A stretch of DNA of 20,000 bases from NCBI GenBank assembly GCA_043825735.1, contig JBDRRP010000009.1, forward strand, positions 106,686 to 126,685, given 5' to 3'. The stretch is from Pseudomonadota bacterium. GTDB taxonomy: Bacteria; Desulfobacterota; Desulfobacteria; Desulfobacterales; JBDRRP01. The position numbers and the translations under genes are program-made. This document shows, in pieces, positions 17,344 to 20,000 of the stretch (position 1 is its first letter; each line of letters starts with the position of its first letter). The notes beneath the pieces are model-generated. The model was not told where the DNA came from, did not search any database, and worked only from the letters and a program-made list of their open reading frames with translations.

Positions 17344-17370
17344 TAATGTTTTTTAGTGTTTGGCCGATAT
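17344..17370 (+). promoter_or_regulatory. Putative sigma28 (FliA) promoter
   Basis: TAAT(17344-17347)-N15-GCCGATAT(17363-17370) vs consensus TAAA-N15-GCCGATAA; 65 nt upstream of the HDOD ATG. Confidence 0.65.
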
Positions 17371-17435
17371 CCCCAATAAATTTGACATAATTCTATTTCA
17401 TCCAAGACGATCGGTTTTAGTGGGGAACTGCACAG

Positions 17436-18314
17436 ATGCCATCTCATACCATTCCCAGCGGATTATTGTTTAAGATTTTGCACTGGGTCAACACTTCTGA
17501 GATTTCGACCATTAAAAGCGTGGTCGCTAGCATCGTCGAGGTCATCAACGACCCGAACTCAAATGCCCGGGATCTAAAGAACATCGTCGAAATCGACCCG
17601 CCGTTGACGGCGCGTGTGCTGAAAATGGCCAATTCGGCCTATTACAGCCCCCGATGCCCTATCGGGGACATTCTTCAAGCGGTCATTTTTATCGGCTTCG
17701 ACGCGCTTAAAGAGCTTGTCGTCAGTCAGAAGGTCTGCCTCTTATTTAAAAACACCGAAATTTTCGAAGGCTACTCAAGGACATCCTTGTGGAAACACAG
17801 CATTGCCGTAGCACTTTTGGCCAAAATGATCTGCAGGCGCGAATTTGGCGATAAGGGGCAGGTCGCTTATGTGGCCGGCCTTCTTCATGAAATCGGAATC
17901 ATTATCGAAGAGCAGATGCTCCAGTCCGAATTTCACAGCACCCTTTCGTTTTCACGGGAAAAGAGGATCAATCTGTTTCAGGCCGAACAGAAATTGCTCG
18001 GCATCAACCACGCAGCCATCGGAAAGGCGGTCGTGGAGGACTGGAGTCTCCCTCCGGCGCTGGCGGCTGTCATCGGATACCATCACCACCCGGAGTCTGC
18101 ACCTCTCGACCATCGCGATCTGATCGCCATCGTCTATGTGGCGGACACCATCTGCCAGCGAAACCAGATCGGGTACAGCGATGCCCCTCACACCGAGTTA
18201 GGAACATTTAACCGTTGTCTGAGGCATCTTAACATTACACAGGATTCATTGGACCTGATCCTGCCCGATGTCATCAACAGCGTCGATGAGATGGAGCGCC
18301 AGGGACTATTCTGA
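17436..18314 (+). CDS. HDOD domain-containing signalling protein
   Basis: 'DPPLTARVLKMANSAYY', 'AVIFIGF', 'LWKHSIAVA', 'AYVAGLLHEIG', 'EQKLLGINHAAIG..VVEDWSLP', 'IGYHHHP'. Confidence 0.93.
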   Translation: MPSHTIPSGLLFKILHWVNTSEISTIKSVVASIVEVINDPNSNARDLKNIVEIDPPLTARVLKMANSAYYSPRCPIGDILQAVIFIGFDALKELVVSQKVCLLFKNTEIFEGYSRTSLWKHSIAVALLAKMICRREFGDKGQVAYVAGLLHEIGIIIEEQMLQSEFHSTLSFSREKRINLFQAEQKLLGINHAAIGKAVVEDWSLPPALAAVIGYHHHPESAPLDHRDLIAIVYVADTICQRNQIGYSDAPHTELGTFNRCLRHLNITQDSLDLILPDVINSVDEMERQGLF

Positions 18315-18315
18315 T

Positions 18316-20000
18316 ATGGGCACGCAATCAAAAAACATGTCTGACAAGAATCGTATCGCCTGTCTGGAGACCAGGATCCGGCACCTGTCCAATGAGCTTC
18401 GACTGACAAAAGAGGAGTATGAAACCTCGCAGCAAAGCCTGTTCGATATTTTTTCGAATATGGAGCGTCAAGTTCAGGAACGAACCCGTGATATCAAGGC
18501 ATTGAAGAAGGTGCTGGAACTAAAGGGCCGTGAGCTTCAGCTCATGCTCGATTCGGCGCCGGGGATGATTTTTTATAAAGATGTCGCGCAGCGGTATATC
18601 CGCGTAAACTGGAAGTTTGCCGAATGCTTGGGCATTCCCATCCCCCAGGTGTCAGGTAAAACCCATGGCGAGCTGTTTCCAGATGGTACGGCGGAAATCC
18701 TATCGGGCGACAGCGAGGTCATTAGCACGGGCGAACCTGTTTTGAACCGCACCGGCATAGTGAAAACCGTGCAGGGCCAGATGCCTGTGCTAGTCAACAT
18801 GATCCCGCACAAAGACATTGATGGCAATGTTATCGGGATAGTGGGCTTTACGACCGATCTCACCGATTTGCGGCGCGCCGAAGAGGAAAAGGAAAACCTT
18901 ATATCCCGTATCGCCCGGGCGGAGAAAATGGAGTCAATCGGGACGCTGGCCGGCGGCATCGCCCACGATTTCAACAATCTGCTATTCGCCATCCAGGGCA
19001 ACGTCTCCTTGATTCAGCTCGCTGTTGAAAGCAAGTCGATAGAGGCCGGGTATTTGGACAGTATTGCGGAACTGGTCCAAAGCGGCGCCAGCCTGACCCG
19101 ACAACTGTTAGGTTTCGCACGCGCCGGCAAATACGAAGCCAAACCCACCGATCTGAACCGGACCGTGAAAGTCATTTTGGAAATGTTCTCAAGAACGCGA
19201 AAAGACATCACCATCCACAAGGATTTTGAGCAAGGCAACTGCATCGCAAACATCGATCGCGGACAGATAGAACAGGTGATGCTCAATATATTCGTCAACG
19301 CCTCCCATGCCATGCCCGGTGGTGGCACAATTTTTGTGTCGACCCACAAGGGGGTGCTCATCTCCGGGGATGACGCCCCCAAGGCCGCAGGCGGTCAACA
19401 ATTTGTCGAAATCCGCATCCGCGACACCGGCATCGGCATAGACGAATCGACGCGAAAACGCATCTTTGAGCCGTTTTTTACAACCAAAACCCGGGGCAGA
19501 GGCACGGGGCTGGGGCTGGCATCGGCCTATGGCATCATCAAGAACCACCGTGGCCTGATCCGTGTTGAAAGCGTTCCCGGCAGTGGGTCGACGTTCGCCG
19601 TCTTTTTGCCGGAAAGCGAGGTGACCGAATGCGCCGGGGAAGCGGCACAAATAAGGGGCGTCGTGTCCGGCAGTGGGAGGATTTTGCTGGTGGACGATGA
19701 AGCCTCGGTCCGGGAGGTGGCAGAGGCGATGATCAAACAGCTCGGTTACAGCGTACAGGCAGTAAAAGACGGTAAAGAGGCGCTAAGAATCTATCAACTG
19801 GAAAGCGGTAATTTCGACTTGATAATTTTAGACATGATCATGCCGGGGATGAGTGGCAACGATGTGTACAAGGCGATAAAGGCCATCAATCCGAGCGCAC
19901 GGGTGTTGCTTTCCAGCGGCTACAGCCTGGACTCTCAGGCCCAGGACATCATGGCACAAGGCTGCGGTGGATTCATCCAAAAGCCCTTTGATCTGAGCAG
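18316..20000 (+). CDS. Cytoplasmic hybrid histidine kinase (coiled coil, PAS, HisKA, HATPase, REC), 3' end outside window
   Basis: Manual translation of frame 1 from ATG 18316 (alternative 18337): PAS '[13 protein letters not shown]', H-box '[22 protein letters not shown]', '[16 protein letters not shown]', '[24 protein letters not shown]', REC 'ILLVDDE...LIILDMIMP...GFIQKPFD'. Absent from the ORF track, presumably because no stop lies within the window. Confidence 0.93.
   Translation, partial: MGTQSKNMSDKNRIACLETRIRHLSNELRLTKEEYETSQQSLFDIFSNMERQVQERTRDIKALKKVLELKGRELQLMLDSAPGMIFYKDVAQRYIRVNWKFAECLGIPIPQVSGKTHGELFPDGTAEILSGDSEVISTGEPVLNRTGIVKTVQGQMPVLVNMIPHKDIDGNVIGIVGFTTDLTDLRRAEEEKENLISRIARAEKMESIGTLAGGIAHDFNNLLFAIQGNVSLIQLAVESKSIEAGYLDSIAELVQSGASLTRQLLGFARAGKYEAKPTDLNRTVKVILEMFSRTRKDITIHKDFEQGNCIANIDRGQIEQVMLNIFVNASHAMPGGGTIFVSTHKGVLISGDDAPKAAGGQQFVEIRIRDTGIGIDESTRKRIFEPFFTTKTRGRGTGLGLASAYGIIKNHRGLIRVESVPGSGSTFAVFLPESEVTECAGEAAQIRGVVSGSGRILLVDDEASVREVAEAMIKQLGYSVQAVKDGKEALRIYQLESGNFDLIILDMIMPGMSGNDVYKAIKAINPSARVLLSSGYSLDSQAQDIMAQGCGGFIQKPFDLS

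Noticed and set aside
18573..19736. Several minus-strand ORFs listed at the window end
   Set aside because: Antisense to the plus-strand hybrid kinase (18316 to beyond 20000).

Overview
Chromosomal window most consistent with a sulfate-reducing Desulfobacterota (Desulfobacterales-like) bacterium; this is inferred from gene content only. The left 8.6 kb is a respiratory/housekeeping block: System II cytochrome c maturation genes (resB, 5'-truncated by the window, and ccsA/resC), the qrcABCD menaquinone reductase operon, and murA. Inside the qrc transcription unit, between qrcD and a strong terminator, is a 53-aa single-TM ORF with a strong RBS that the ORF track missed; it is a candidate fifth Qrc subunit and the best lead here. 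Next come comEC/rec2, a convergent periplasmic-sensor/PAS hybrid histidine kinase, and a TIGR02757-family HhH-GPD-like gene. About 15.3-17.4 kb is an AT-richer accessory islet holding several palindromic MITE/REP-like elements, a C14 tract, an intact vapB antitoxin, a vapC toxin that has apparently lost its N-terminus, and a small membrane protein. The window ends with an HDOD gene behind a sigma28-like promoter, closely followed by a cytoplasmic PAS hybrid kinase that runs off the window end. No rRNA, tRNA, CRISPR array or transposase gene was seen.
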